The notes: a model not told the origin generated them from the sequence alone. A stretch of 64,000 nt of DNA from Phyllosticta citribraziliensis (GCF_038025025.1 NW_027117345.1:62001-126000), one strand, 5' to 3'; counted from the first letter of the stretch, positions 38,170 through 49,680 are shown. Numbers and translations are program-made.

Positions 38170-40605
38170 CTACTCCGCGCCCCCAACCCCGCCAACCAAC
38201 AGCGCCCCCTCGCCATCGCAGCGGTCCCAAATCCGCCGACAAAGCTCCTCCACGACGTCGCTCTGCCGATCCTGCTCTTCAGCCAGCCGCTGCCGCTGCT
38301 GCTGCTGCTGCTGCTGCTGTTGCTGCTGCCGTTGCCTAACTCGCTCCCCCTGCCTGTCTCTCTCGCGCTCGCGTTCTCTTTCCTCTGTTGATCCGTCGCT
38401 ATTCGCTTGCGGATTCAGCGCGCTCAACGTCGACTGCGACGGCGAGAGCGTCTGTGCAGGCGCAGGCGACGCAGCGCGCCCTGGGAGGTCGAAACTGACG
38501 CGTGCGCGCCGCGCCGCGGCGACGGCTTCCATGACGCTGCGCGGCGTGGCGGCGTCGACGCCGTTGGGATGGGCAGTGGCACTTCCCCCACCACCACCGC
38601 TCCCGCCCCCAGGTGTAGTAGACGCGGGCGACGAGACGAGCGTCGCGGCGCTGCTGCTGCGGAGCCCGTTGGTGCGGACCTCGCGGTCGGTGCCGCCCTG
38701 CGTCGAGGGGCGGTTGAGGTGCAGGGCGGACGCGGTTTTGCTGAGCGGCGACGCGGCGGACGCGGTGTTGCCGTTGCTCAGGTGCTGATACGCGGCCGCG
38801 GCCGCGCTGGCCGTTGCGCTGGCGCTCGACATGTGGCGCTGCGACTGGGCGTAGTATCCACTCCCATCACGCTCGCGCTGCGCCAGCTGCTGCTGCTCGC
38901 GGACGTAGCGCCAGCGCGGCGAGTCGGGCGAGTCGGCCAGGCGCGCGATGGCGTCGGCGACGGGGTTGCGGAAGCGCCGCACGACGCGGTACTCGGCGGC
39001 GGCCTCGTCGAAGCGGCGCGCCAGCTCGCGGTCGACGACCACGTCGCCCGAGGGCGTCACGCCCCCCACGACGACGAGCTGCGACGACGAGTGCCGGTGG
39101 TGCGGGTGGGGGTGCGCGTGCCCGTTGGGCGCTGCGAGCGCCGCGCTGCTGCTGCCCCGGTGGTGGTGTGCGAGGAGCTCGGCTTTTTGTTGCGGTTCGA
39201 TGTTGGAGCTGGCGCGCTGGAGCCACAGCTTTTGCTGCGTTCGTGACGGCGCGAGGTCGGATGGGGTCGTCGTGCCCGAGGAGACGTGGCGGCGGTGGTG
39301 CGAAGAGGACGAAGGCGTGGCCGTGGTAGTTTCGGGGATGTTGGCGGTCGACTTGTTGCGTCTTGCCGACAAGTCTCCCCCAGTGTTGGTGTTGGAGTTG
39401 GCATTGTTGGCCGTGGGCCGCGGCTGATGGTGTGGCAGAAACGAACTGTCCCGCGGCGTCCCCGACGACCCATCGCCGTCGATGAAGCGCGACACGGCCT
39501 CCTTGTTCCCCGGAGTATCTATCATGGTGGAGCCCGTCGAGTGGCTGAGGGATCGAGCATCGTGCGAGTGCGAGACGACCGTGGCCGACACATCCGAGAC
39601 TTGCGGCTGCAGCCGGTTCGACGCGCTGCGCTGCAGGATTCGCGAGGTGATCATGTCTGCGTCTGGCAGATTGGGTTGGTGGTAGGAGTTGACGCCGTTG
39701 ATTTGGTTGCTGCTGTACGTGACGCGCTGCTCGGGGCGCTCTGTCCGCGACGTATCCCGCGGCGACGGGGGATCCGAGTGTGGTTCCTGCTGCGGCTGTT
39801 GCTGCGGTCTCGAGTGATTTGGCTGCGGCTGCCGCCGCGGACTGGCATCTGTCTCTGTTGAATCAGACGTGTCGTCGCTCGAATCGGAGCGGGTCTCTTG
39901 TTGTTGTTGCAGTTGTTGTTGGTGTTGGGGCTTGGGAGGATCCAATATCACCGAGTTCTGGCGGGTGGTGCAGCGCGTAGTAGCGGGCGACTGGGAAGCG
40001 CTCTCCTCGGTCCAAGCATTGTCGTCGTCGCCATCGTCGTCGACGCCCAGATCGAAGCGCACGCCGGCGTGGTCCATCTCGGGCGAGCTCTTGCGGCGCG
40101 GCTTGGCTGCTGCCGCTGCGCCGGCTGTGGCCGCGCTCGCGCTCGCACGCTTGGCCAAGGGCTCCAGGTCGCTGCTCCGGTGATGGCGATGCATGGCCTT
40201 GTTGGCCTGGCGCGGCAAGTGGCCGCTCGAGTGGTTTTTGCGCAATTGGGCGTGGGACGTGTTGCGCGAGACTACGGCGGCCGAGGCATTGCGCTTCAAG
40301 GCTGGGCGGGCTTGGGCGTCGGTCGTCGTCGTGGTAGTCGAGGTCGAGGTGGAGCCGGTCGACAGGGTACGCTGGTGATGGTGGTTCTGCTGGGTGGCCT
40401 GCTTGTTGAGATTCTTGCCATATGACGGGTTCCTGGGCCCGAGGCGACTGTGGCCAACGACGTGTCTCCCGGCCTTGTGAGCGGAGCGGTGATGCGGGGC
40501 GTCGTTTGGAGAGTGCGACTGCGTCTGCGACGACTGGGATGAATGGCTTCGCCGGGGCGCTGCAGGTCGCTTGGGCGGCTGAGATTGGGCGTCGGGAGAG
40601 GTCAT
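38170..40605 (-). CDS. TCO89: TORC1 subunit Tco89-like protein (about 811 aa), low complexity with polyQ and His tracts
   Basis: Motif PSRTQQKLWLQRASS followed by EYRVVRRFRNPVADAIARL, which I recognise from Tco89-domain proteins of filamentous fungi; also LKRNAS, LRKNHSSGHL and WTEESASQSP. Start at ATG 40605 is inferred. Confidence 0.75.
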   Translation of the reverse strand: MTSPDAQSQPPKRPAAPRRSHSSQSSQTQSHSPNDAPHHRSAHKAGRHVVGHSRLGPRNPSYGKNLNKQATQQNHHHQRTLSTGSTSTSTTTTTTDAQARPALKRNASAAVVSRNTSHAQLRKNHSSGHLPRQANKAMHRHHRSSDLEPLAKRASASAATAGAAAAAKPRRKSSPEMDHAGVRFDLGVDDDGDDDNAWTEESASQSPATTRCTTRQNSVILDPPKPQHQQQLQQQQETRSDSSDDTSDSTETDASPRRQPQPNHSRPQQQPQQEPHSDPPSPRDTSRTERPEQRVTYSSNQINGVNSYHQPNLPDADMITSRILQRSASNRLQPQVSDVSATVVSHSHDARSLSHSTGSTMIDTPGNKEAVSRFIDGDGSSGTPRDSSFLPHHQPRPTANNANSNTNTGGDLSARRNKSTANIPETTTATPSSSSHHRRHVSSGTTTPSDLAPSRTQQKLWLQRASSNIEPQQKAELLAHHHRGSSSAALAAPNGHAHPHPHHRHSSSQLVVVGGVTPSGDVVVDRELARRFDEAAAEYRVVRRFRNPVADAIARLADSPDSPRWRYVREQQQLAQRERDGSGYYAQSQRHMSSASATASAAAAAYQHLSNGNTASAASPLSKTASALHLNRPSTQGGTDREVRTNGLRSSSAATLVSSPASTTPGGGSGGGGGSATAHPNGVDAATPRSVMEAVAAARRARVSFDLPGRAASPAPAQTLSPSQSTLSALNPQANSDGSTEERERERERDRQGERVRQRQQQQQQQQQQQRQRLAEEQDRQSDVVEELCRRIWDRCDGEGALLVGGVGGAE

Positions 40606-41643
40606 GGCTAATGTCGACTGCACTGGTGGTGCTGACGGCGCCGTCGAGACAAAGGGATGGATGGTGATGAGGAGGCCGATGCGACGTCGACGTCGTGGTC
40701 TGGGGGCCGCCGGCGCTGGCGGGCGGGCTGCTTGCTGCGGCGTCAAGCCAAGCGTGTTGCAGCGGTAGAGGGTCGCGGTCGGCTTCAATTGGCGTGCACG
40801 ACGGGCGTCACGGTGGTCATGATGCTGGATGATGGTGATGATGATTGTTGCATCCACCCGGACCTGCACCTCACCTCAGCGTCGCCCGCCGCCTCGGCCG
40901 CAATCCCGTCGTCGCCATTGGGCAGCAGCCGACGACGGCAACCTTCCGCTCCACCGTGACCGTGACCGTGACCGTGACAACCAACATCCGCTCCCTTTCT
41001 TCCTGACGCCCTCATTCTCTCACCACTCCCTGCATAACCGCACAGCTTCTGGCTGCCCCATGGCGCAAACTTGGTATTCATGAAAGAGTGGCAGAAGATT
41101 CCTCCTAAACTCGCACTCAAGACCACTCCATCTCTGCTCAATCCTTCCCCCGTGGATATTTGACACAGTCCGACTCTACACCAGTCGGTAGAAGCTCCAT
41201 TCCAGGCTCCTCTTGGCTCAGCATGCAACAAGAATCATGAGTATTCACCTCCTCCCCCCCGGAAATCACATCTACTTCTGAGCTTGGCTTTGGAATCGAA
41301 ATATGCCATATGCCAGATAGGACCCCCCGAAAATGACTCTTGGAAGAAAGAAAACCCCGATCCGCAAATGCAAGGGCTATTGCAACTTTTCATTGTCGTC
41401 AACAGCCGAATGACGCCGTGTCTAAAGAACCCGAATCATAGTCTCGTCGAAATGGCCTGGAGTTTGATGCTCGAGCCTTTGGAAATGCCGCCGAACCATG
41501 GCCCATGATGAGAACCCCGCCGTCGCCTTTTTGGTGTTCATGTCTCTAACTTTTGTCGCTGATTTAAACAGAAAGGTCATGCTGATCATCCTCCATCGCT
41601 TGGAGGTAAAAGTCTGCGCTTGGACGTTTCCACGCTGGCAAAA

Positions 41644-42732
41644 TCATCCCGTCATCTTCCTCAACATCCTCCGGCCAGCCGCCTTGGTCAAGCTCCTCTT
41701 TCCAGGAGTCAGAGGCATTACTCCTTCCTCTTTGCTGGCCACTTCCTTCTCGCCCACATCGACCACATCCTCGAGATCTGGGCGGCGCATGCCGTCAATG
41801 CAGCCGAAAGACGTCCAAGACGAGTCTGAAGAACTGGAGCGATTTTCCCACGACATTCCCAGGCCACGCAGTATGTTGCGCCGCGAAGAACTTCCTTCCT
41901 GCATGCTGGGCTGAGAAGAGGCGTCCGAGGGTCGAAAGAGCCGGCGACGGACCTTGCTGGCAGATCCAGGCGGCTCCGACAGTTCGTCGTTGGGATCCGT
42001 GTCGGTTTCTGCTGCTCCAGACGCGGCTCTTGAGCGCGGCGACCATGGCGGCCAGGCGGCATTGTCGATCCAGTGCGAGAGGGCTGAAGTTGGTTTGGAG
42101 AATTCCTTGGAAAAGTCGTTTGGGGTGGCGAGGGTGCTGTCGAGAGTGGAATCGCTCATGTGCTTGGGCTTTTCCAGATCATTGCGGAAGCCCTCTTGCA
42201 GCGAAAGCCTGAGGTGCGCCACGGGCTTCTTCTTCTCCAGCCTGGACTTGCGCGGTGAGCGAAGAAAGCTGCTTCCGGTACTGGGCACCTTGAGCTCCTG
42301 CTCTTGGTCTGGGTCTTCCAGAAGAGGGCTTTCTGGCCGGACGTCTGTCACGGTGGACGAGTACCTTGGAGATGGCGTGAGGGAGGGCTTGAGGTATTTC
42401 TGAGATCCTGCCATGGTCATGGATGAGGGTCTGACCGGGCGGCTGGGCATGCTGCGAGGGCGCTCAATTTTGTTGGCTTCGGAAGCGGATTGAAGTTGGC
42501 GGTGCTTGAGAGCTTTGGGCGGCTCTGCATCTTGATTGTCGAGTCGTAGCGCCTGTGACTGCAAAAGCAGGCCAATGGTTTCCTCGAGCGACGCGTCCAG
42601 GCGGGTGAGTGACGGCATGAGATGAGAATTCAACGAAGCACGAGCTGGCGCCGATTGCGTCGTATCGACGGTATCGTGCCGTGGTCGTGAAGGCGCTGGA
42701 ATCGGCGATGCGCTGAAGCGAATGGCCGGCAT
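41644..42732 (-). CDS. Hypothetical Ser/Pro/Arg-rich disordered protein (about 362 aa)
   Basis: Long ORF (403 codons from the first possible start; ATG at 42732) with protein-like composition; no motif recognised. Confidence 0.55.
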   Translation of the reverse strand: MPAIRFSASPIPAPSRPRHDTVDTTQSAPARASLNSHLMPSLTRLDASLEETIGLLLQSQALRLDNQDAEPPKALKHRQLQSASEANKIERPRSMPSRPVRPSSMTMAGSQKYLKPSLTPSPRYSSTVTDVRPESPLLEDPDQEQELKVPSTGSSFLRSPRKSRLEKKKPVAHLRLSLQEGFRNDLEKPKHMSDSTLDSTLATPNDFSKEFSKPTSALSHWIDNAAWPPWSPRSRAASGAAETDTDPNDELSEPPGSASKVRRRLFRPSDASSQPSMQEGSSSRRNILRGLGMSWENRSSSSDSSWTSFGCIDGMRRPDLEDVVDVGEKEVASKEEGVMPLTPGKRSLTKAAGRRMLRKMTG

Positions 42733-44610
42733 GTCGACGGAACGCGGAAAGCAATGCAGCAACGAGCAAGGGAGTGACTGGCGATGGAAATGTTGGGATG
42801 TTTGGTGTTTTGGACGTGCCGTGGTGTTGTTGATGTCTGAGGTGCTCGTGCTCAAGCAGGACGACAGGAAAGGAAGGCGCGCCAGGCCAGCGGAGGTCCT
42901 CAGTCTGCTGGTCTGGTCGTGTTCGTCGTGCTCCGAGACTCAACCTTACGTCAAAATTTCGTCGTATCCGGCGCGATCTTCGACTCTGCTCGGCCCTCGT
43001 AGCTGACGCTTCGCAGGAACCAATTCGACAAATGATGGCGATGCCTGGCGATGATTCAGTCCAAGGCGCGTGGCGGCAACGATTCCGCGGCGTTGAGTAC
43101 GACGACTTTAGCGACCGACGACTATGAACAACATCAGACACGGCCGGTGGGCGCTCCAGGACGGATATCTCGACTGTCGTCGTGGTCAATGACGACAACC
43201 TCTGGCCTTATACCTCACCTGCTCACCATTATTGCCTTTTTCCCCGGCCATCGCGGCCAACGTAATCTGCATCGGACATTTATCATGCCACCATCCAAGG
43301 TCACGCTCGACTCCGAATTCCAAAGCCTCCGTCGGAACAGGGGAGATAAGACTGGCGGTAATCGCTCTACCAGTGGCGCCCACAGCCTCCACCACAAACC
43401 TTCGAGCGTGATTTGAACATCATTGCCGAATCGCTCTGCATGTTGGCTGCTGTTCTGCAAGGCTTAGCCACGTGTTGATGATTAGACAAGCACTGCTTGC
43501 TTTTTCCATATTTTCCGGGGCTCGGCCTGTCGTCGACTTTGTGGCCTTCATTTTTGCTTCTTCCCTCTTCCAAATCTCCTGCGAGACCCTCGTCAACGTT
43601 TTGGTCGGAGACGGCGTCAAGCCTTCAAGAGGCTGACGGTTGCGACGCCATCAACGTCCGGAGACAAGAGGCTGTCTCTTTGGGCTAGTCCCATCAGATT
43701 CGGCCTGGTCTGTTTGCTTTTTCGTTCGCACGATGGCGTTAGAAATCTGCAAAGAGCCGGCGTCACGAGGGACTCTTTACGCGTACCTTTGCCACGATGG
43801 TGAGGCAGCAGTGAAGGAGCCCAGGTACACGTGCACGACTGACAGGTTCAGAGACTACATGATCTGGTACAGTGGGTGTCGAAAGAACGAGACCTCCTGG
43901 CAGTACAAGTGCGTCCATGGAGCAATTATTCGCTGCCACAGTGTACTTCAAAAGCATTCGTTGGCTGCTAAAGCTGCGCTCGAGGAGCGTTCATTCGCTT
44001 CTACAGTTGCACTCAAAGAGCCTTCGTTTTCTGTTACATCTAGACCCAGGGAGCCTGGTTTCTTTCAACTTCCACTGTGTTGGGAAGCCTCTGATAACAG
44101 CTTATTCCTCAAGCAAAGACACCGAGCGAGCATCGATTGCAGTATTACTGCTTCAAAGCTATCCGATAGCCAACAACGAGTTTCTTTAGTTTGTTTTCCA
44201 CCTTTGCAATCTTCTCCCTCCACAATTTATCAAGCTTTTTCTCGACTGCAGCTCTCGCGGTTGAAAAATCAGGATGCTCTGTGTTGTGTCACCCAACACT
44301 TCCATTTGCGGGTGGACATGTCTCAACGTCCGAAATGGCGACAAGAATCCCAAAGAGCAAGCGTCTTCAAATCCACCATTCCGAAAACAACGAACCTTTC
44401 GATACCATCCTTCGCTACTTCCATGAAAGCATCCAAGCAGGAGCAGTCGATCAGTGTAAGTGAACCCGCGCTGCAAACGTTGAGTCAGGAAACAGATGCG
44501 AATTGCACGAGAAATGCCCACAAATAAATAACCAACGTACTTCGAACGCTCTGCTATCCACGACGCAAGTCTCGTACTTCAAATTTCCATTCCCTCTTGT
44601 CAAAAGGAAA

Positions 44611-45465
44611 ATGCCGCAAACCTCCGACAACAAGCGGCTCTTCATCGAACTGCGCAGCGGTCACGGCCGCCACCGCTTCATCCGGCGCCACAGCTCCACC
44701 GAGCACCAAACCAAGCGGAAGCACGATCGCCCAGCCAAACCCATGCGATTGAGCTGGAGCCTCTCAATCGAGACTCACTCGTCAAAGCACAAAAAGCGAC
44801 GTTCAGCGAAGTCTCGCGACAGCGAAAGCGGCAGCAGTGGTACAAGCAGAGCAGCGCAAGCGGCAGCGCGATCTGAGACATGCCGCTGCTGGCGGGGCGA
44901 CGGGGGCGCCGTTCGCGTCGACAGCGACGGCAGCTCGCTCGAACGCATCTGGGGACACCTAAACGACGACGATGCCGACTCTGCGGCCACGGCGTCTGTC
45001 TGGGGCGGCGAGCGCACGCATCGTGTGCGTCGGAGACGGCACGGCCATCACCGTCCCCACAACCACTTCCACTACCAGCACTGCCGCTGCTGGCTGGAGG
45101 ATTCTGTTCCTCTAGTACAGCAGCGCCAGCACCAGCACCAGCACATCTACTACCGCCCGCGCGTCGACAACTCGCAGGTCCAGAATAACTACTCCTACGA
45201 GCGCTGCCCGGACGACGACGACCCTCGGCGAGACGCGCCGAAGATGGCGGGCCTGGAGGCTTTGCTGCCGGACTTGGAGAAGCTGTCACTGTCACGCGAA
45301 TGGAGCCCTGAGGGCCGTGAAGAGGATTCGTTGCCGCCTGCGTACTCTGAGATTTACCCGCGTTGCAGGGGCACGTCGACGGATAGGCAGGACTCTGTTT
45401 CGGGATTTCCTCTTCGGGAAGAGTATGGTGGGGTTGATGATTCTGAGGAGTGTGTGTGGCACTGA
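44611..45465 (+). CDS. Hypothetical Arg/His-rich protein with an LPPAYS (PPxY) motif (about 284 aa)
   Basis: ORF with ATG in AAAATG context and C/G-biased codons; no family recognised. Confidence 0.45.
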   Translation: MPQTSDNKRLFIELRSGHGRHRFIRRHSSTEHQTKRKHDRPAKPMRLSWSLSIETHSSKHKKRRSAKSRDSESGSSGTSRAAQAAARSETCRCWRGDGGAVRVDSDGSSLERIWGHLNDDDADSAATASVWGGERTHRVRRRRHGHHRPHNHFHYQHCRCWLEDSVPLVQQRQHQHQHIYYRPRVDNSQVQNNYSYERCPDDDDPRRDAPKMAGLEALLPDLEKLSLSREWSPEGREEDSLPPAYSEIYPRCRGTSTDRQDSVSGFPLREEYGGVDDSEECVWH

Positions 45466-46614
45466 GGCGCGCTGGTGGTGTTTGTAATAGGGGTTTATCG
45501 GGAAATGTGTTCAAGCTGGCAGATTAATGCATGAATCTCCCTCCTCTGACAGTTACAATGCCCTGTACACTTCAACACTGACTCCCTTCGACAGAGCTAC
45601 AACCCTAGCCAGTCACCCCTTCACTTCGCCTCCTCCCCCTTACTCTTGTCCTCTGCCTCTCCTTCCTCCCCCTCCCCCTTACTCTCACCCTTCTTCTCCT
45701 GCTCTCCCCTCTTCCCCTTCCCCTTCCTATTTTTCTCCCTCCCCACGCCCCAAACCCCCCTATTCCACGCCTCGCCCCCTACTCGAACGCCATCGCGCGC
45801 CGGCTCCTTATCCACAGCATCTGCGTCTCGGCGACGGACGACGAAGGCGCTACGGCCACCATTCTTCACGACGTAAACATGATGTGTTTGTTTGTGGACG
45901 GCGAGGACGCGGGCGCGGTCGCCGTGGCCGTGGCGTGTGGGGGGAAGGAGGGGCAGGCACATTGGAGCGAGGTAGTGAGGTTGGTTTGTGGGTAGATAAT
46001 GGCGCGTGGTAAGCCGTGGGTAGAGGAAAGTAGATGCCGCGTTCTGGGTCCTGAATCCTGCTTTCTTCGTGCGTTGGGTGGAGATGTGAATATATGGGTG
46101 GATGGATGGATAGATGGGTGTGTAGGAATGAAGGGAGGTCTGAAGAGATGTGCTATTTATTGACGTCCTAGTAGGATATGGTGAAAGAAAGAGTGTATGT
46201 TGTTGCGCGGCTGAGGAGCACATCAATCAAGCGGCGCGTTAGCCGGCTGCTGACTTGCGACCTTGACATGCTGTCTGAGAGGAGAAGCCTACGTATGGGT
46301 CACCCGGTACAAGAACTTCTTTGAACGACATTTAAGCACAGTCACACAGTGACAGCAACCCAGCACATTGTTCCGTGACTCAAAAAGCATCAAGACTGCC
46401 AACAACCACAAAGACCTGAAAAACACATGCATTCAACAACACAGACCAAACAGTGGCACGTTCTAAAAAGACGCTACCTACTCAGTAACCAACAGCGCAG
46501 CAACTCTTTACACAGAACAATGTGCCCACCCTACACAATAAAACGACAACACCGAAAAACCTCCCCCTCAATGCCACTCCGGCCTGCCCAGCCCAGAAAA
46601 CGCGCCCCACCCAC

Positions 46615-49600
46615 CTATTCTAGCCGGCCCCTCTCGCCCCTATCACCCCAGCGCAGCGTAAATGCAACAGCAACAACAGGCAAAACACTGACAATCTCGC
46701 CCAGCCCCGCAAACTCAGGAGGAATACTGAAGCCGCGACCATCGCCATCTCTGCCTCCGGCGCCAGCGCCGCCGACTCTAGCGAGCGCGCCGGCCGCCAG
46801 CAACACGGCAAAGACGTTGTAGACGGTGGCCCAGGCAAAGTTGAAGTGTACGCGGCGCACGGCGCGGCGCGACAGGTGCAGCACGGAGAGCACGCCGGCC
46901 AGGTTTCCGCGCAGCAGGACGATGCTGGCGGTCGAGGCGGCGATGTCGGAAGGGGGTGCGGAGGAGGCTGAGGGCGAGGTTGAGGGGAGAGAGGAGCCCA
47001 TGGCGATACCGACGTCGGCTTGTGTCAGGGCTACGGCGTCGTTGGTACCGTCGCCGACGAAGGCGACGATGGCGGTTTTGTTCTTGCGCCGGAAGATGTG
47101 GAGAGCGCGCTGCCAGAGGCTGTGTTTGGCTTGTTGAGTTGCTTCTGGCTTCTCTGTCTCTTCGTGGTGATGTGCGCCGTCCACTGCTCCCTCGTGGCCA
47201 TGTTCGTGGTCATGGTCATGGTCGTGGTCGTCGTGTCCATCGTGTCCGTCATGCTGGCCGTCGTGATGTTGTAGATGCAGCGCACCAGCCGCCGCGCCCT
47301 CTTGCAGCCGCGCAACATAGGCCTGCTTGCCCGCTGGACTGCATCGTGCCAGCGTCTGGCTGTCGGGTATGCCCAGTATCTGCGCCACGCGGCTGACTGC
47401 GCGTTGGTCGTCGCCGCTCAGAATGTGCACTGCCACTCCCTGCTTCCGCAGCGAAGAGACCACATGTGGCGCTTCGGGGCGCAAGATGTCGGTGAGGGCG
47501 AAGAGTGCGACGAGGATACCGTCAAGCGTAACACCGAAAAACGACACATCAAGATCGCTGGAGGCTTGCGGTCTGGAGGAGCCAGAGGCTTTCTCGCTGG
47601 GTGGCGGTGGCAGACTGGCTCTGAATGATTGCACTTGCGCCGAATCCTCGAGGCCCAGGAAAGAAAGATTGCCAGCGCGGACGACAAGAGTCTTGTCCCC
47701 CTTTGCGAGTCTTCCCTCGAGGCCTCCGCCGACAATGACGTTGGAGCTATCATACACGGTCCCCTGGCGAATGCCCTTGACCTCAAGGTGGTTGGACAGC
47801 GCAAGAGAGACGGGGTGTTTGTTGCGCGAGACGAGACCGAGAAGATGCGGCAGCGTGACCGCACTGCGTTCGAGGAAAAAAGCTTCGTGTGTCACCGACA
47901 TTTCGCCCTTGGTCAAGGTGCCCGTCTTGTCAAATACGACGTGCTTTACGTCCCTAGCGATTTCAATGACCGCGGGGGCGCGGAAGATGACTTCGTTCTT
48001 TGCCGCGACACCGCTGGCGATGACAATGACCATCGGGACGGCAAGACCAATGGCGCAGGGGCAGGAGACGATGAGCGTGGCAATGGCGTAGGAGATGGCT
48101 TTGCTGGCAGCAATGGCGGAGCTTTGTTTGATGACAAATTTGCCGATGCACATCCAGATCACAAAGACCATGATGGACAGGGCGACGATAGCCGGCACGA
48201 AAAAGCTGGCTACCCTGTCGGCGAGAGCTTGCAGTTTTGGCTTGGAGAGCTCCGCGTTTTCGACCAGCGTCCCAATCTCGCTGATGCTATTGTCCCAGTA
48301 CGTGCGGCTCAGGGTCACATCGATTTGGCCGTCCAGGTTTATGGTTCCTGCCGTCACCCTAGAGTCGATGCCCTTGGCGACTGGCTTTGACTCTCCAGTC
48401 ATCATGGACTCGTCCACCTGCGATCCTCCGTAGATCACCACGCCATCAGTAGGGATGCGGGTATGAGGTGGCACGCGGAAAATATCGCCATGCTGGAGAA
48501 GACGAACATCCAGCTCCTTGGTATCGCTGCGGTTCTTTTGGAGCAGTAGTGCATGTGGGGCCTGCAAAGACCGAATGGAGACAGACTCGGTGGCCCTCTG
48601 CCTTGCCAGCTCGCTGACGAAGCGTCCCAGTCTAATTAGCGTAACCAGCAAGGCGCTCGTTTCAAAGAATGAGTTTTTGCTGATGTCGTGTCCGGTGTGA
48701 ATCAATCCAAAGGCCACGACCGAGTAAATGTATGCAGCCGTTGTGCTCAGCACAATCAATAGATCCATGTCGGCAATCCTGGTAAAATACAGCGTCTTTA
48801 TTGCGCTGGGATAAAACTCCCAAGCCGCAACAAGTTGAACAATGGTGGCCAGCACTAGTGATATCGATTCTTTGATGATTCGTCTTTGGTTGATCGGTGC
48901 CCATGCCAGGACAAGGACGGGGATTGTGAGAATGGCCGACAGTGAAAAGTAAAACAGCTCTTTGCGAAGTTGCTTCCGGCCGACTGCCACGGACGACGGC
49001 AAGGGAATGGGAGCGAGGGTAGGATTTTGCAATCCAAGCTTCTCAAGTAGGTCTCGGTGGTACATTGTGTTCGATCCAAAGGTGATTCGCAGCGTCGCTT
49101 TGCCGTTCTTATCTTCCTTTCCCAATTGCTCGACATCGACAACTCCGTCTGGCAAGGCAGTTTGAAGCACATCATGGGGCGAGTCCACAATGACATCCAG
49201 GAATCGCTCGTCGCTGTCATTCGCAAGTCTTTCCACGCTGTATGGAGTCATTTGCCTGACTTCTGCCAGCGCGTCTTCGACAGACATCCTGGCAATATTC
49301 AGGCGGAACTGTGCTTGCATGAGCACCAGGTCCGTCTTGATGTCCTTGGCTGCCGGTATCCGCTCCAGTGCTTTTCGAAGCCTATTCTCACAGCCGCTGC
49401 AAGTCATGCCGCCGACACTAATCTTGACGTCTTCGTAGACTGGTGTTCCTCGTTCGATATCCATCGACGACCCGTCCCCGACGAACAAAGGTTGTGGCCT
49501 GACCAGATTGTCGTTGGAAGAGCAGCACGAGTTGGCCTCGCATGGTCCTTTGCAGCTAGGCTTGTAGACTTTGTTCCCGTCGCTTGGCCGGCTCTTTCCA

Positions 49601-49680
49601 CCGCAGCAGCTCGAGGGTATGGAGCTGGCATGACGCTCAGAGACCTTGGTGCGTCCCTTGCCGTGGCCACAGCCACCCAT
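46615..49680 (-). CDS. PCA1: P1B-type heavy-metal-transporting ATPase, Pca1-like (Cd/Cu efflux), 1021 aa, single exon
   Basis: Cys-rich N-terminus (CC pairs), HMA domain GMTCSGC, TGES, CPC, DKTGT, HP, GDGTND, YN in a late TM segment, and C-terminal IPPEFAGLGEIVSVLPV typical of the Pca1 subgroup. Confidence 0.92.
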   Translation of the reverse strand: MGGCGHGKGRTKVSERHASSIPSSCCGGKSRPSDGNKVYKPSCKGPCEANSCCSSNDNLVRPQPLFVGDGSSMDIERGTPVYEDVKISVGGMTCSGCENRLRKALERIPAAKDIKTDLVLMQAQFRLNIARMSVEDALAEVRQMTPYSVERLANDSDERFLDVIVDSPHDVLQTALPDGVVDVEQLGKEDKNGKATLRITFGSNTMYHRDLLEKLGLQNPTLAPIPLPSSVAVGRKQLRKELFYFSLSAILTIPVLVLAWAPINQRRIIKESISLVLATIVQLVAAWEFYPSAIKTLYFTRIADMDLLIVLSTTAAYIYSVVAFGLIHTGHDISKNSFFETSALLVTLIRLGRFVSELARQRATESVSIRSLQAPHALLLQKNRSDTKELDVRLLQHGDIFRVPPHTRIPTDGVVIYGGSQVDESMMTGESKPVAKGIDSRVTAGTINLDGQIDVTLSRTYWDNSISEIGTLVENAELSKPKLQALADRVASFFVPAIVALSIMVFVIWMCIGKFVIKQSSAIAASKAISYAIATLIVSCPCAIGLAVPMVIVIASGVAAKNEVIFRAPAVIEIARDVKHVVFDKTGTLTKGEMSVTHEAFFLERSAVTLPHLLGLVSRNKHPVSLALSNHLEVKGIRQGTVYDSSNVIVGGGLEGRLAKGDKTLVVRAGNLSFLGLEDSAQVQSFRASLPPPPSEKASGSSRPQASSDLDVSFFGVTLDGILVALFALTDILRPEAPHVVSSLRKQGVAVHILSGDDQRAVSRVAQILGIPDSQTLARCSPAGKQAYVARLQEGAAAGALHLQHHDGQHDGHDGHDDHDHDHDHEHGHEGAVDGAHHHEETEKPEATQQAKHSLWQRALHIFRRKNKTAIVAFVGDGTNDAVALTQADVGIAMGSSLPSTSPSASSAPPSDIAASTASIVLLRGNLAGVLSVLHLSRRAVRRVHFNFAWATVYNVFAVLLAAGALARVGGAGAGGRDGDGRGFSIPPEFAGLGEIVSVLPVVAVAFTLRWGDRGERGRLE

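Noticed and set aside
41420..41643. About 74 open codons continuing after the stop of the 41644 ORF
   Set aside because: No readthrough context (TGA TTT) and no recognisable motif; compatible with chance.
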